Assembly: GCA_964013405.1 (NCBI GenBank)
Contig: CAXGWI010000057.1
Span: forward strand, 1-20,157
Origin: an uncultured Myxococcales bacterium
GTDB lineage: Bacteria > Myxococcota > UBA4151
Direction of reading: 5' to 3'
Length of the DNA stretch: 20,157 bases
Each line of letters starts with the position of its first letter. The stretch's first letter is position 1. Below the pieces are notes generated by a model. The model saw only the letters and a list, made by a program, of their open reading frames with translations, was not told the origin of the DNA and did no database searches. Made by a program: the position numbers and the translations under genes. Positions 7,830-16,443 of this stretch are shown piece by piece.

Positions 7830-10800
7830 GATGGATGATTCTATGCCTCTCAGGCCTGCTGATGGCCTGTCCGCCCAACCTCGACGCCAAGGGCTACACG
7901 CCCTGCGCCTCCGACGCAGAGTGCGCCGCCGGCCCCGACGGATTGGCCCGGATTTGTACGGAAGGGGTCTGTACACCGAGTCGCTGTGGCGATGGGGTCG
8001 TCTCGGCCGATGAAGAATGCGACGATACCAACGATGTGAACACCGACGGCTGCACGAACGGTTGCCGGCTGCCTCGCTGCGGCGATGGCATCACAACCAT
8101 CGATGAGAACCTCCCCGCGGACGAACGAGAGCAGTGCGATGACGGTAATTCGGCCAATGATGACGGCTGCACCAGCTCCTGCCGCCGAGCCCGTTGTGGC
8201 GACGGTACCGTACGTCAGGACCTCGACCCGATCGATGACCTCTACGAGGAGTGTGATGACGGCAATGACATCGACACCGATGGCTGTAATCGATGCCAGG
8301 ATGCTTTCTGCGGCGATGGCGCGATGCGGGCCGATCTTCAGGCCGGCGACGAGAATTACGAGGAGTGTGACGACGGTGACAACATCAATACGGATGGTTG
8401 CACCAGCACTTGCGAGTTGCCCAGGTGCGGTGATGGCTACCTGCGAACTGACCTGTCGTCGAACCAAGAGGGCTATGAAGAATGTGACGACGGTAACTTG
8501 GACGATGGCGACAGTTGCAGCAGCAGTTGTGAGCTGCCCGGCTGCGGCGACGGTGTCACTCAGGAGGGCGAAGAATGTGATGACGGCAATGACATCGACT
8601 CCGATGCATGCACGACTGCGTGCAAGAGTGCCACCTGCGGGGACAACGTTGTCCAACCTGGCAACGACGAGGAATGCGACGACGCCAATGCCGTGCAAAC
8701 AGACGGATGCCTGAACAATTGTCACTTCGCCCGCTGCGGCGATGGCTTTCGCCGTACAGATCGGCCGGCCCACGATGATAACTTCGAAGAATGTGACGAC
8801 GGCCCTGAGAACAACAACGATGCCTGTACCAATCTCTGTGAGTTAGCCCGCTGCGGCGATGGCATCAACCGGGCAGACCTGGCTCCGGGGCAGGTGGGTT
8901 ACGAGGCTTGCGACGATGGCAACGTGGAAAACGACGATGCCTGTCTTAACAATTGCCAGGAAGCAGTGTGTAACGATGGCGTTATTCGACGGGACATTTT
9001 GCCCGGCCAAGACGGCTTTGAGGCATGTGACGACCTGAATTTCGTCGATACCGATGGTTGTACCAATAGCTGCAAAGTGGCCCGATGTGGCGACGATATC
9101 GTTCGGCGTGATTTAGGGGAAAACGACCCCAATTTTGAAGAATGCGAAGACGGAAATAACAACAACCAAGACGCCTGCACAAACCGCTGTCGTTCCGCTC
9201 GCTGTGGTGACGGGATCGTGCGGGGTGACCGGGAGCAGGGCCAACTGGGCTTTGAGGCCTGCGATGACGGCGAGGACAACAACAACGCCCTCGCTGATGC
9301 CTGCCGAACGAATTGTAGGCCTGCGGCCTGTGGGGACCGTGTCGTCGATGCGGGCGAGGACTGTGATGATGGTGATGACGACGACCGAGACGCTTGTCTT
9401 TCCTGCGTTGAAGCCCGCTGCGGTGATGGGGTTCTGCGCTTGGATCTCGGGCCCAATGACGACGCCTTTGAGCAATGCGATGATGGCAACCGTATCGACA
9501 ATGATGACTGTAATAACAATTGTGTTGCCCCCGCCTGTGGCGATGGACGACGGCTCGGGAACGAAGAATGTGATGACGGAAATCTGGTCAACGAAGACGC
9601 CTGTACCGCTGAATGTGTCTTGGCCCGTTGCGGCGACGGGATTTTACGGGAGGACCTCGTCAATCCTGCGGCCGAAGGCTTCGAGGCCTGTGATGAGGGT
9701 GCGAACAATGGGGACATCGCCGACACCTGTCGGGCAAACTGCCTGCTTCCCCGCTGCGGTGATGGCATCATCGATGCGGCGCGCGAAGAGGGTTGCGATC
9801 CGGGCCCAGATGGCGACTGGTCCGACTGTAGCCGGCTCTCGTGCAAGCCGCCCCGGCGACGATTGGCTGTCTCTGAGCGCTATGTCTGTGTTTGGCCTGA
9901 AGAGAGTGAAACGCTCCAATGCTGGGGTCTCGATGACCCGCTCTACCGTTGGCATGAGCGGGGTGAGCGCGCCCAATCGGTCTGCTTCAATGCTTGGCCC
10001 CCAGTGAATTGCTACGTGAATGAGACCATCGAGCTCCGCTATGATGAGGGCATCGAGGGCTCGAACCTGCCCCGGGCGAATGGCTGGCGCAGCCTCCAAG
10101 CCGTGGATGAGGGCCTCTGTATGAACACGGAGTACGGGGTCTGGTGCATGGGTCAATTGGCTCGACTTAATAATCAAGGGCGGCTGGAGAAGACGTCTAT
10201 CCTGCCGAATCTGTGGGGTGGGTGGAATCCTCAAGGAATGGGTAACCAGATGCATGGAGGGGATAATTCGAATCGTGTCCTTGCCTACCACAGCGCCGAC
10301 AGTCACGGCTGCCACATCAGTCGGTGGAACCAAGCGGACGAGAATGAGCCGGAAGACTGGTCGCCTGCCGAACTTCGCTGCTGGGGGACGAATGACAAAG
10401 GCCAGTTAGGCAACGGCACAACCGATGACGCGGAGGGAGAGGTGGAGGTCATGACCTTGGATGGGGCCCAGCCTGTCGATGTCTTCACGAGTACCGACAC
10501 CAGCTGTGCGCTGACCGAGGGCGGAGGACTCTGGTGTTGGGGCAATCGGGCATCGGGCGTGGCACCGGCGGGCCAAGATTGTGGCAACAACGAGGGCAAC
10601 TGCGAGCCGACCCGTGTAGCTGGTCTCACGGATGTTCGTCGTGTGTGGCTGGGGGACTCCAACATCTGTGTCGTGACCGGCGATGAAGCCCGCCTCCATT
10701 GTTGGGGGATGGCGGACAATGGCCAATTGGGGCTGGCACCAGAACATGAGGATCTCGAGAGGTGTAGCCCCAGGAATGACGAGTTCGAGTATGCTTGCCT

Positions 10801-11155
10801 TAGGAGGCCACGGGATCTCGGCATGGTTGGCATCGAAGATCTCGCGTTGGGTGACGGCTTCATCTGTCGTTTGATCGAAGGGCGTGTCCGTTGTTGGGGC
10901 GCCGACGGTTACGGAGAACTGGGTATCGGGCTTGAGGACCTGCAAGAGGATCCATGGTTCCATCTCGTTCCAGACAACGATGTCGACGTCGACTTGCCTG
11001 GGACCGTCAGTGAGATCAGTACCTGGTACGGGACGGTCTGCGCACTCCTAGACGATGGTCGGGTCTATTGCTGGGGTTCCAATGGCTACGGGCGTGTTGG
11101 GCGACTGGGGGCAAACGAGTACGGCTCTCCTCAATTTGTCGAGATTCCTCGCTGA
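7826..11155 (+). CDS. Lipoprotein with 17 myxobacterial Cys-rich repeats and a C-terminal RCC1/BLIP-II-like beta-propeller
   Basis: Start moved from 7763 to ATG 7826, giving MRWMILCLSGLLMA-C (lipobox) and coupling to the upstream stop. 17 C(G/N)D(G/N/D/R) repeats, then CWG.N.KGQLG, CWGMADNGQLG and CWGSNGYGRVG RCC1-like motifs. Confidence 0.9.
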   Translation: MRWMILCLSGLLMACPPNLDAKGYTPCASDAECAAGPDGLARICTEGVCTPSRCGDGVVSADEECDDTNDVNTDGCTNGCRLPRCGDGITTIDENLPADEREQCDDGNSANDDGCTSSCRRARCGDGTVRQDLDPIDDLYEECDDGNDIDTDGCNRCQDAFCGDGAMRADLQAGDENYEECDDGDNINTDGCTSTCELPRCGDGYLRTDLSSNQEGYEECDDGNLDDGDSCSSSCELPGCGDGVTQEGEECDDGNDIDSDACTTACKSATCGDNVVQPGNDEECDDANAVQTDGCLNNCHFARCGDGFRRTDRPAHDDNFEECDDGPENNNDACTNLCELARCGDGINRADLAPGQVGYEACDDGNVENDDACLNNCQEAVCNDGVIRRDILPGQDGFEACDDLNFVDTDGCTNSCKVARCGDDIVRRDLGENDPNFEECEDGNNNNQDACTNRCRSARCGDGIVRGDREQGQLGFEACDDGEDNNNALADACRTNCRPAACGDRVVDAGEDCDDGDDDDRDACLSCVEARCGDGVLRLDLGPNDDAFEQCDDGNRIDNDDCNNNCVAPACGDGRRLGNEECDDGNLVNEDACTAECVLARCGDGILREDLVNPAAEGFEACDEGANNGDIADTCRANCLLPRCGDGIIDAAREEGCDPGPDGDWSDCSRLSCKPPRRRLAVSERYVCVWPEESETLQCWGLDDPLYRWHERGERAQSVCFNAWPPVNCYVNETIELRYDEGIEGSNLPRANGWRSLQAVDEGLCMNTEYGVWCMGQLARLNNQGRLEKTSILPNLWGGWNPQGMGNQMHGGDNSNRVLAYHSADSHGCHISRWNQADENEPEDWSPAELRCWGTNDKGQLGNGTTDDAEGEVEVMTLDGAQPVDVFTSTDTSCALTEGGGLWCWGNRASGVAPAGQDCGNNEGNCEPTRVAGLTDVRRVWLGDSNICVVTGDEARLHCWGMADNGQLGLAPEHEDLERCSPRNDEFEYACLRRPRDLGMVGIEDLALGDGFICRLIEGRVRCWGADGYGELGIGLEDLQEDPWFHLVPDNDVDVDLPGTVSEISTWYGTVCALLDDGRVYCWGSNGYGRVGRLGANEYGSPQFVEIPR

Positions 11156-11257
11156 TTCGCACACGACACCGGAGTAGAGACTACCCCGTAAAAACCCGTT
11201 CTCATCTGGCGCCCCTAAGTGCTCCCGTCGCCCAAATCGAGTCGGTGTGCTGTTAGC

Positions 11258-11354
11258 CCTGATGAAACGGTGCCTCTGAGCATCGGAACCTCATGAGGCC
11301 GGGTAGCTAGACACAGTGGCCTCGGCCAACCTATGGATCCACCGAGTCATCAGG
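11258..11354 (+). promoter_or_regulatory. Candidate structured 5' leader or inverted-repeat element upstream of the aminotransferase
   Basis: CCTGATGA-aa-CGGTG (11258-11272) is complementary to CACCG-ag-TCATCAGG (11340-11354). Inner stem GAGGCC/GGCCTC (11295-11300/11318-11323) and palindrome CCTCATGAGG (11289-11298). Confidence 0.35.
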
Positions 11355-11370
11355 AAAGGGGCCGAGCGCA

Positions 11371-12687
11371 ATGTCCCAATCTCAGCAGGCGACACGGATG
11401 GGCCTTGCCCATCAACATATGCCCCAAGGGGTTGCCGAGAATTACCGATACTGGGGGGAGGAGCAGACGGTCTTTGTCCAGTCTGCGAAAGGCTGTGTGC
11501 TGACCGACTGCGATGGCAAGGAGTTCGTTGATTTTCGTCTCGGCTATGGGCCCATCATCCTTGGCTATCGAGATGAAAGGGTCGACGAGGCGGTGGCTAA
11601 AGCGATGCGGGAGCGGGGAATTTTAACGGGTTTTTCCTCGCCGCTCGATGTCCCGGTGATCGAAGCGATTAAGGCCTTGTGTCCCCAGATCGAGAAGATG
11701 CGTTTTGCAAACTCGGGTACCGAAGCGGTGATGGGTGCGCTCCGGACTGCGCGGGGATTCACCGGGCGTGACCGGGTGGTGGTGGTCGAAGGGGGCTTTC
11801 ACGGCCTCTACGATGAGATGATGTGGAAGAGCGATATGGAAGGGTGGTCTGGAGGCCCAGGCACGGTTCCAGATATTGTCCCCTTTGGCGCGGGGATTCC
11901 GAAGGGCAGCCGCGAGCTTGTGGACTTCCTGTCGCTGAATGATTTCGATGAACTGGAAGCCCTTTTCAGCCGCGGCGGGGACACGATCGCCGCCGTCCTC
12001 CTCGAGCCGATCATGGGCAATTGCGGGAGCATCGCTGCCACCCCTGAGTGGCTCCAAGCCCTTCGTCAGGCCTGTAGTCAAGCCGGCGCCATGCTGGTGA
12101 TCGATGAAGTGAAGACCGGCTTCCGGGTGGCCCGGGGCGGGGCGCAGGAATTGTATGGCATCACGGCCGATCTCACCACCTATGCCAAGGCCATGGGGAA
12201 CGGCTACCCGGTGGCTTGTTTTGGTGGCAGAGCGGACGTCATGGACGTCATCGGTGCGGGTGGCGGCGTTGTCCATGGGGGGACCTATACGGGCAACCTG
12301 GTCGGACTGAGTGCCAGCCTCGCCACCCTGGAAATCCTCAAAGAGACAGATGCGTTAGAGGTCGCCGCGACCATGGGCGCGGCGATCCAAGCGAGTCTCG
12401 GGCGCGTCTTTGAGGGGGCGGGGGTCGCCCATCGTTTCACCGGCCCGGACGCGATGTTCGGTGTTCACTTCACAGCCGATGAAGTCCCAAGCAATTATCG
12501 GGATTGGAAACGGACCGATAGTCCACTCTACACAGCCTTTGCCTGGAACCTCATCGAGCGAGGTGTGATGCTGGAACCGGACTCCCGTGAGCCCTGGTTT
12601 CTGTGTGAAGCCCATCGGGCTCTGGATCTGAGCTGGTTCGAGGCCGTAGCGACGGAAGCCATGGAAGTGGCCCTTACCAAGGCATAG
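11371..12687 (+). CDS. Class III PLP-dependent aminotransferase, glutamate-1-semialdehyde aminomutase (HemL)-like paralog
   Basis: D.DGKEFVDF..GYGPIILG, RFANSGTEAVM.A.R.ARGFTGRD, EGGFHG, EPIMGN, IDEVKTGFR, TYAKAMGNGYP (PLP lysine), HGGTY.GN. Purine-rich RBS. An in-frame TAG at 11308 excludes an earlier start. Confidence 0.9.
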   Translation: MSQSQQATRMGLAHQHMPQGVAENYRYWGEEQTVFVQSAKGCVLTDCDGKEFVDFRLGYGPIILGYRDERVDEAVAKAMRERGILTGFSSPLDVPVIEAIKALCPQIEKMRFANSGTEAVMGALRTARGFTGRDRVVVVEGGFHGLYDEMMWKSDMEGWSGGPGTVPDIVPFGAGIPKGSRELVDFLSLNDFDELEALFSRGGDTIAAVLLEPIMGNCGSIAATPEWLQALRQACSQAGAMLVIDEVKTGFRVARGGAQELYGITADLTTYAKAMGNGYPVACFGGRADVMDVIGAGGGVVHGGTYTGNLVGLSASLATLEILKETDALEVAATMGAAIQASLGRVFEGAGVAHRFTGPDAMFGVHFTADEVPSNYRDWKRTDSPLYTAFAWNLIERGVMLEPDSREPWFLCEAHRALDLSWFEAVATEAMEVALTKA

Positions 12688-12744
12688 ACTGCACGCTGCG
12701 GGTGCGCCCCCCATCACAATCTGGCCCACGTCGCCAAGACTCGG

Positions 12745-13962
12745 ATGTTTGACCGAGAAACCACCAGAACGTTCGGTCGATACCTTTTTCGAATTGCAGA
12801 AGAAGGGATTCGCAGCATGGAACCGATCCGTTTCTCAAACCAGCCAGCCAGTGGAGCGCGCCCCACAGACCATTGGAACCACCCCTCGGCCATCGCCAGG
12901 GACAGGGGCCTCGCGCTCAACGTCCTACGGCACCCAAGCGAAACCAATCGCCCCTTCGCCATCAGTGGCTTCGAAAGCCAGCGCGGTAGTGAACACTTTC
13001 TGGGTCGCAGTCTCGCTTTGTCGAGCCGCCCAAGCTTCGGGCGAGTCTCGCCACAGACGCGGGCCATTCTGGCGGCCACACAGCCCTGGAAGGTGAACGA
13101 CAAGCCCGTCACCAGTGGCTTCGCCGCAAGTTACGACTGGCAGCCCAGGCACCGCCGACGTTGGACGGTATCCAGCGACGGGCGGGAGCCCCCGGAAGAC
13201 CTGGCAATGAAAGCCAGCGCCACCTTGTTTAACGTGGGTCGAGAAGGGCGCATGGCCTGGCGGGAACTTCAAGGAGAGACGAAGATCGCCGGGGGATTTG
13301 AGGCCAGCGGGCGAGCCACCGCCGGCGGGCTCTACGGGACCACTGGGTTGCGGGCCGACCTCAACCTCATGAGCGGCGAAGCGGAGTTGAAAGCCACCGC
13401 CGGGGCCCGGGCCGAGCTCGCCGCGCTGGAGGGCCGCCTCGCGAGGGCCATCGGGAGCAAGTCAACGGGGCTCACCGCATCAATCAATGGCTCCGCTGCC
13501 GTCTTAGCAGAGGGCACAGGGGAGGCTGCGTTGATCCTTGAACCCCGCCGAGGGACCGCCAAAATTGGGCTCGGTGGTGACGTCTTCGCCGGTGCCAAAG
13601 CAACGGCCAGTTTTCGGACCGAAGGGAGGGCCCTTGGTGAGCGTTTCGGCTCAGCCAGTCTCGGGGTCGAGGGCTACGCCGGTGCGTGCGCCAAGGCGAA
13701 AGCGGAGTTAGGCTTCGATGAGGGCTGTCTCAAGGCCTCGGCCGAGTTGGGTGTCGGACTCGGACTTGGGGCCGGCCTGAAGGTCGAAGTGGACGTGGAC
13801 GTTGCTGGTGTCGGCCGGGCCGGGCTGAAAGCGAGCAAAGCGGCCCACGGGCTGATCGAAGCCGCCGGTGAATCCCTCGGTGAGGCGGCTTTTTGGAGTT
13901 ACTATCACTCGAGCCGAGAGCTCAGCCGAGCCTTTGATCGGGTTGTCGACTGGATCGACTAA
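12745..13962 (+). CDS. Hypothetical protein with a Gly/Ala-rich alternating beta-strand C-terminal half; the true start may be ATG 12817
   Basis: 405-aa ORF filling the gap between two genes. Repeats such as GGDVFAGAKATAS, GVEGYAGACAKAKAELG and ASAELGVGLGLGAGLKVEVDVD. GAAGGGA RBS before ATG 12817. Confidence 0.7.
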   Translation: MFDRETTRTFGRYLFRIAEEGIRSMEPIRFSNQPASGARPTDHWNHPSAIARDRGLALNVLRHPSETNRPFAISGFESQRGSEHFLGRSLALSSRPSFGRVSPQTRAILAATQPWKVNDKPVTSGFAASYDWQPRHRRRWTVSSDGREPPEDLAMKASATLFNVGREGRMAWRELQGETKIAGGFEASGRATAGGLYGTTGLRADLNLMSGEAELKATAGARAELAALEGRLARAIGSKSTGLTASINGSAAVLAEGTGEAALILEPRRGTAKIGLGGDVFAGAKATASFRTEGRALGERFGSASLGVEGYAGACAKAKAELGFDEGCLKASAELGVGLGLGAGLKVEVDVDVAGVGRAGLKASKAAHGLIEAAGESLGEAAFWSYYHSSRELSRAFDRVVDWID

Positions 13963-13987
13963 ATCGTCGCTGCCGGGCTTCTGTTCT

Positions 13988-15238
13988 TTAGTTGGGCCGG
14001 CGCCGGGGGCCTCGGGGGCGACGCCGAGAACGGCGAGAGCGCCCTCCCTCTTTGGCGGGAGGTCGTTCCGAACGGTGAGGGATCACCGCGGGGATCGCAC
14101 TGGGCTCATGCCAGGGATGATCATCAACAACATCCAACTCCCGACCGATCAACCTTTGGATGTCCCGCAGATAGGGGGACTCACTGGGCTCGCAAAATGC
14201 GATGGCGATGCCAGCCCGTCCGGCCCGTCCCGTCCGGCCGATCCGATGCACATAGCTCTCGGAGATGTTCGGTAGATCGTAGTTGAAGACATGGCTCACA
14301 CCATCCACATCGATGCCTCGGCTGGCGATATCCGTCGCGACGAGCACCCGAATCCGCCCCTCTTTGAATCCGGCGAGGGCCCGGGTACGGGCCCCTTGGG
14401 ACTTGTTGCCATGGATGGCGGCGGCTTCAATCCCGCCCTTCGCAAGTTCTTTCACCACCCGGTTCGCCCCGTGTTTCGTGCGGGTGAAGACGATGGCGCT
14501 TTCGATGCTGTCGTCGCCTTTGAGTAAGGCTTGCAGGAGCCGCTTCTTGTCAGCCTTCGCCACAAACATGACCCGCTGCTCGATGGCTTCGACCGTGGTG
14601 GACTGCCGGTCGACTTCGACCCGAACTGGCTCGCTCAGAAACCCACTGGCGAGTTGGACGATGGGCTCCGGCATCGTTGCAGAAAATAGCAGATTCTGGC
14701 GCTCGGTAGGCAACAGCCGGAGCACCCGGCGGATGTCATGAATGAAGCCCATGTCCAGCATCCGGTCAGCCTCATCGAGGACAAAGAACTCCACGTTGTT
14801 GAGATGGATGAACCCTTGCCCCTGGAGATCGAGGAGGCGGCCCGGTGTGGCGACGAGAACATCGATCCCCCGGCGCAAGTCGGCCACCTGGGCTCCCTGC
14901 TTGACCCCCCCAAAGATCACTCGGTGACGTAAGGGGAGAAACTTGGCGTACTCTTTAAAGTTGTCACCGATTTGGGCCGCGAGCTCTCTCGTTGGGGTGA
15001 GGACCAGAGCCCGGATTTTGGGCTTTCCCTGAGTGGGGCTTGAAGCCAGACGTTGCAGGATCGGCAGGAGGAAGGCTGCGGTCTTTCCGGTGCCGGTCTG
15101 GGCGCAACCGAGGACATCTCGTCCTTCGAGGAGCGGGGGAATGGCTTTCGCTTGAATCGGCGTTGGGCTCTCGTAGCCCGCCTGGGCGACAGCCCGGCGC
15201 AAGGGCTCGATCAAGTCGAGCGTATCGAAGGAGTTCAC
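13988..15238 (-). CDS. rhlE: DEAD-box ATP-dependent RNA helicase, RhlE-like
   Basis: Q motif [73 protein letters not shown] and an Arg-rich tail. GTG start. Confidence 0.95.
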   Translation of the reverse strand: MNSFDTLDLIEPLRRAVAQAGYESPTPIQAKAIPPLLEGRDVLGCAQTGTGKTAAFLLPILQRLASSPTQGKPKIRALVLTPTRELAAQIGDNFKEYAKFLPLRHRVIFGGVKQGAQVADLRRGIDVLVATPGRLLDLQGQGFIHLNNVEFFVLDEADRMLDMGFIHDIRRVLRLLPTERQNLLFSATMPEPIVQLASGFLSEPVRVEVDRQSTTVEAIEQRVMFVAKADKKRLLQALLKGDDSIESAIVFTRTKHGANRVVKELAKGGIEAAAIHGNKSQGARTRALAGFKEGRIRVLVATDIASRGIDVDGVSHVFNYDLPNISESYVHRIGRTGRAGRAGIAIAFCEPSESPYLRDIQRLIGRELDVVDDHPWHEPSAIPAVIPHRSERPPAKEGGRSRRSRRRPRGPRRRPN

Positions 15239-15355
15239 GGTGAGTCACCTAATGAGAGTCGAAGGATCCGGCCCGGTGTCTTCGCCGTTGGCGGCGCGGG
15301 CAGCGGATAGCGGCTGCTCCCTAGCCTTCAGGGCAGCAAATGTCCACGGCGGACC

Positions 15356-15799
15356 CTAGCTGGGGCTGGCGCCCACGTTGAACGAGGAGTGGTGGAGGGT
15401 GATCAGAACCCGTCCATCACGCTTATGGTAGCTGAAGCTGTAGTCAGCGAGTGTCTCGCTGCCGTCGGGCCCACGGAAGACATAATGCCCCATGTCCTGC
15501 CCCGAACGTCCACCGCTCTCCAGCATCGGGCCTCGAGCGCTCTGGAACTCGACGGCAACGAAGCCATTGTGCAGAAAGCCGTGGTCTTTGGGATAGTTTG
15601 GATCACCACCCACGAAGTAAGACCTCGTCCCGCTTTCATCGGTGCGAATCTCCGCAGCCATGGTGGGTTTGAACAAGAGGCAGTCGAAGTCATAAAGCGC
15701 GGCGAGGGTTTCCACGTCCTGGCGAACCACGGCGGCGCCCCAGGCTGCCTGGGCGGCTTCGATTTCTGCGGCGGTCAAAAGGCTAAATTCGTTTGTCAT
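15356..15799 (-). CDS. COG4337-like (iota-class) carbonic anhydrase, NTF2/SnoaL-like fold
   Basis: AQAAWG, LY, LFKPT.A, SYFVGG.P.YP.D.GF, MG.YVF, DYSFSY and C-terminal LHHSS. Start moved from 15910 to ATG 15799, 10 bp after the alkA stop. Confidence 0.78.
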   Translation of the reverse strand: MTNEFSLLTAAEIEAAQAAWGAAVVRQDVETLAALYDFDCLLFKPTMAAEIRTDESGTRSYFVGGDPNYPKDHGFLHNGFVAVEFQSARGPMLESGGRSGQDMGHYVFRGPDGSETLADYSFSYHKRDGRVLITLHHSSFNVGASPS

Positions 15800-15809
15800 G
15801 GTCGGGCTT

Positions 15810-16430
15810 TCAATACGCAACGGGAATCGGGTCAAGACTTCTCCACAAAAACCACGTGGCGACGCTCCGCCATGGCCGCCAAACCTCGGCGATCGATTCG
15901 ATCTCTGCATCGGCTAAACGCTGACCATCGGCATAGTGGCGCTCGACAGCTCGCCGCAGGCCAATGTCCTTAAGGGACAAAATGTCGGGCCTGCATAAGG
16001 TAAACATCATGAACATCTGGGCGGTCCATTCGCCCACACCTTTGTAGGTCGTGAGTTGTTTCAGGACCTCCTGGTCGCTGAGTTCAGCAAGGCGAGTCGG
16101 GTCGCAAAGCTGGGGTGCTTCAGCAATTCCTCGGACATAGCGGACTTTCTGGCGGCTCAAGCCGCAGGCGCGCAGGGCGTCTTCATCGGCATCAAGTAGG
16201 GCAGAGGGCGTGATTTGACCGACGCATTCGAGGGTCCGGTCCCAGACCGCTTGGGCTGCTTTGACCGAGATCTGCTGCCCAACGATGGCCCGAATCAAGG
16301 TCTCGAAGCCTTGGCCTTTCGGCTCGAGGCGCTCACCCGGGAACTGGCTGATCAAGCGAGCCATCACGGGATCGGCCGCAGCCAAATCCTCCGTGGCCTG
16401 GGCCCACTGAGGAAACTCCGACAAGGTCAT
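15810..16430 (-). CDS. alkA: DNA-3-methyladenine glycosylase II (AlkA / HhH-GPD family)
   Basis: FETLIRAIVGQQISVKAA, LRACGLSRQK, HhH motif KGVGEWTAQMF, RPDI...DIGL, WRPWRSVATWFLWRSL. Start moved from 16541 to ATG 16430. Confidence 0.93.
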   Translation of the reverse strand: MTLSEFPQWAQATEDLAAADPVMARLISQFPGERLEPKGQGFETLIRAIVGQQISVKAAQAVWDRTLECVGQITPSALLDADEDALRACGLSRQKVRYVRGIAEAPQLCDPTRLAELSDQEVLKQLTTYKGVGEWTAQMFMMFTLCRPDILSLKDIGLRRAVERHYADGQRLADAEIESIAEVWRPWRSVATWFLWRSLDPIPVAY

Positions 16431-16443
16431 GCTCAAGGAAAAC

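Noticed and set aside
7850..9846. Long antisense and alternative-frame ORFs over the Cys-rich genes (e.g. 7850-8773, 8899-9846, 9135-10007; likewise 18013-19488 and 2192-3802)
   Set aside because: Shadow ORFs caused by high GC and repetitive codon usage; they have no protein-like motifs and fully overlap well-supported CDSs.
7982..9850. Periodic TGCGACGATGGCAAC-like DNA repeats could be a CRISPR array or a DGR template/variable pair
   Set aside because: The repeats are in-frame coding units varying at synonymous positions, with no constant spacers. No cas gene or reverse transcriptase is present, and I saw no adenine-specific duplicate region.
11269..11310. GGTGC..CTGAG..GAACCTCAT resembles a TPP riboswitch
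   Set aside because: It lacks CTGAGA, the ACCTGAT core and the GCGNAGGGA 3' segment, and the downstream gene is not thiamine-related.
11259..11360. CTGATGA...GAAA suggests a hammerhead ribozyme on either strand
   Set aside because: No stem II closes between CTGATGA and a GAAA, and no stem I/III with a UH cleavage site can be built.
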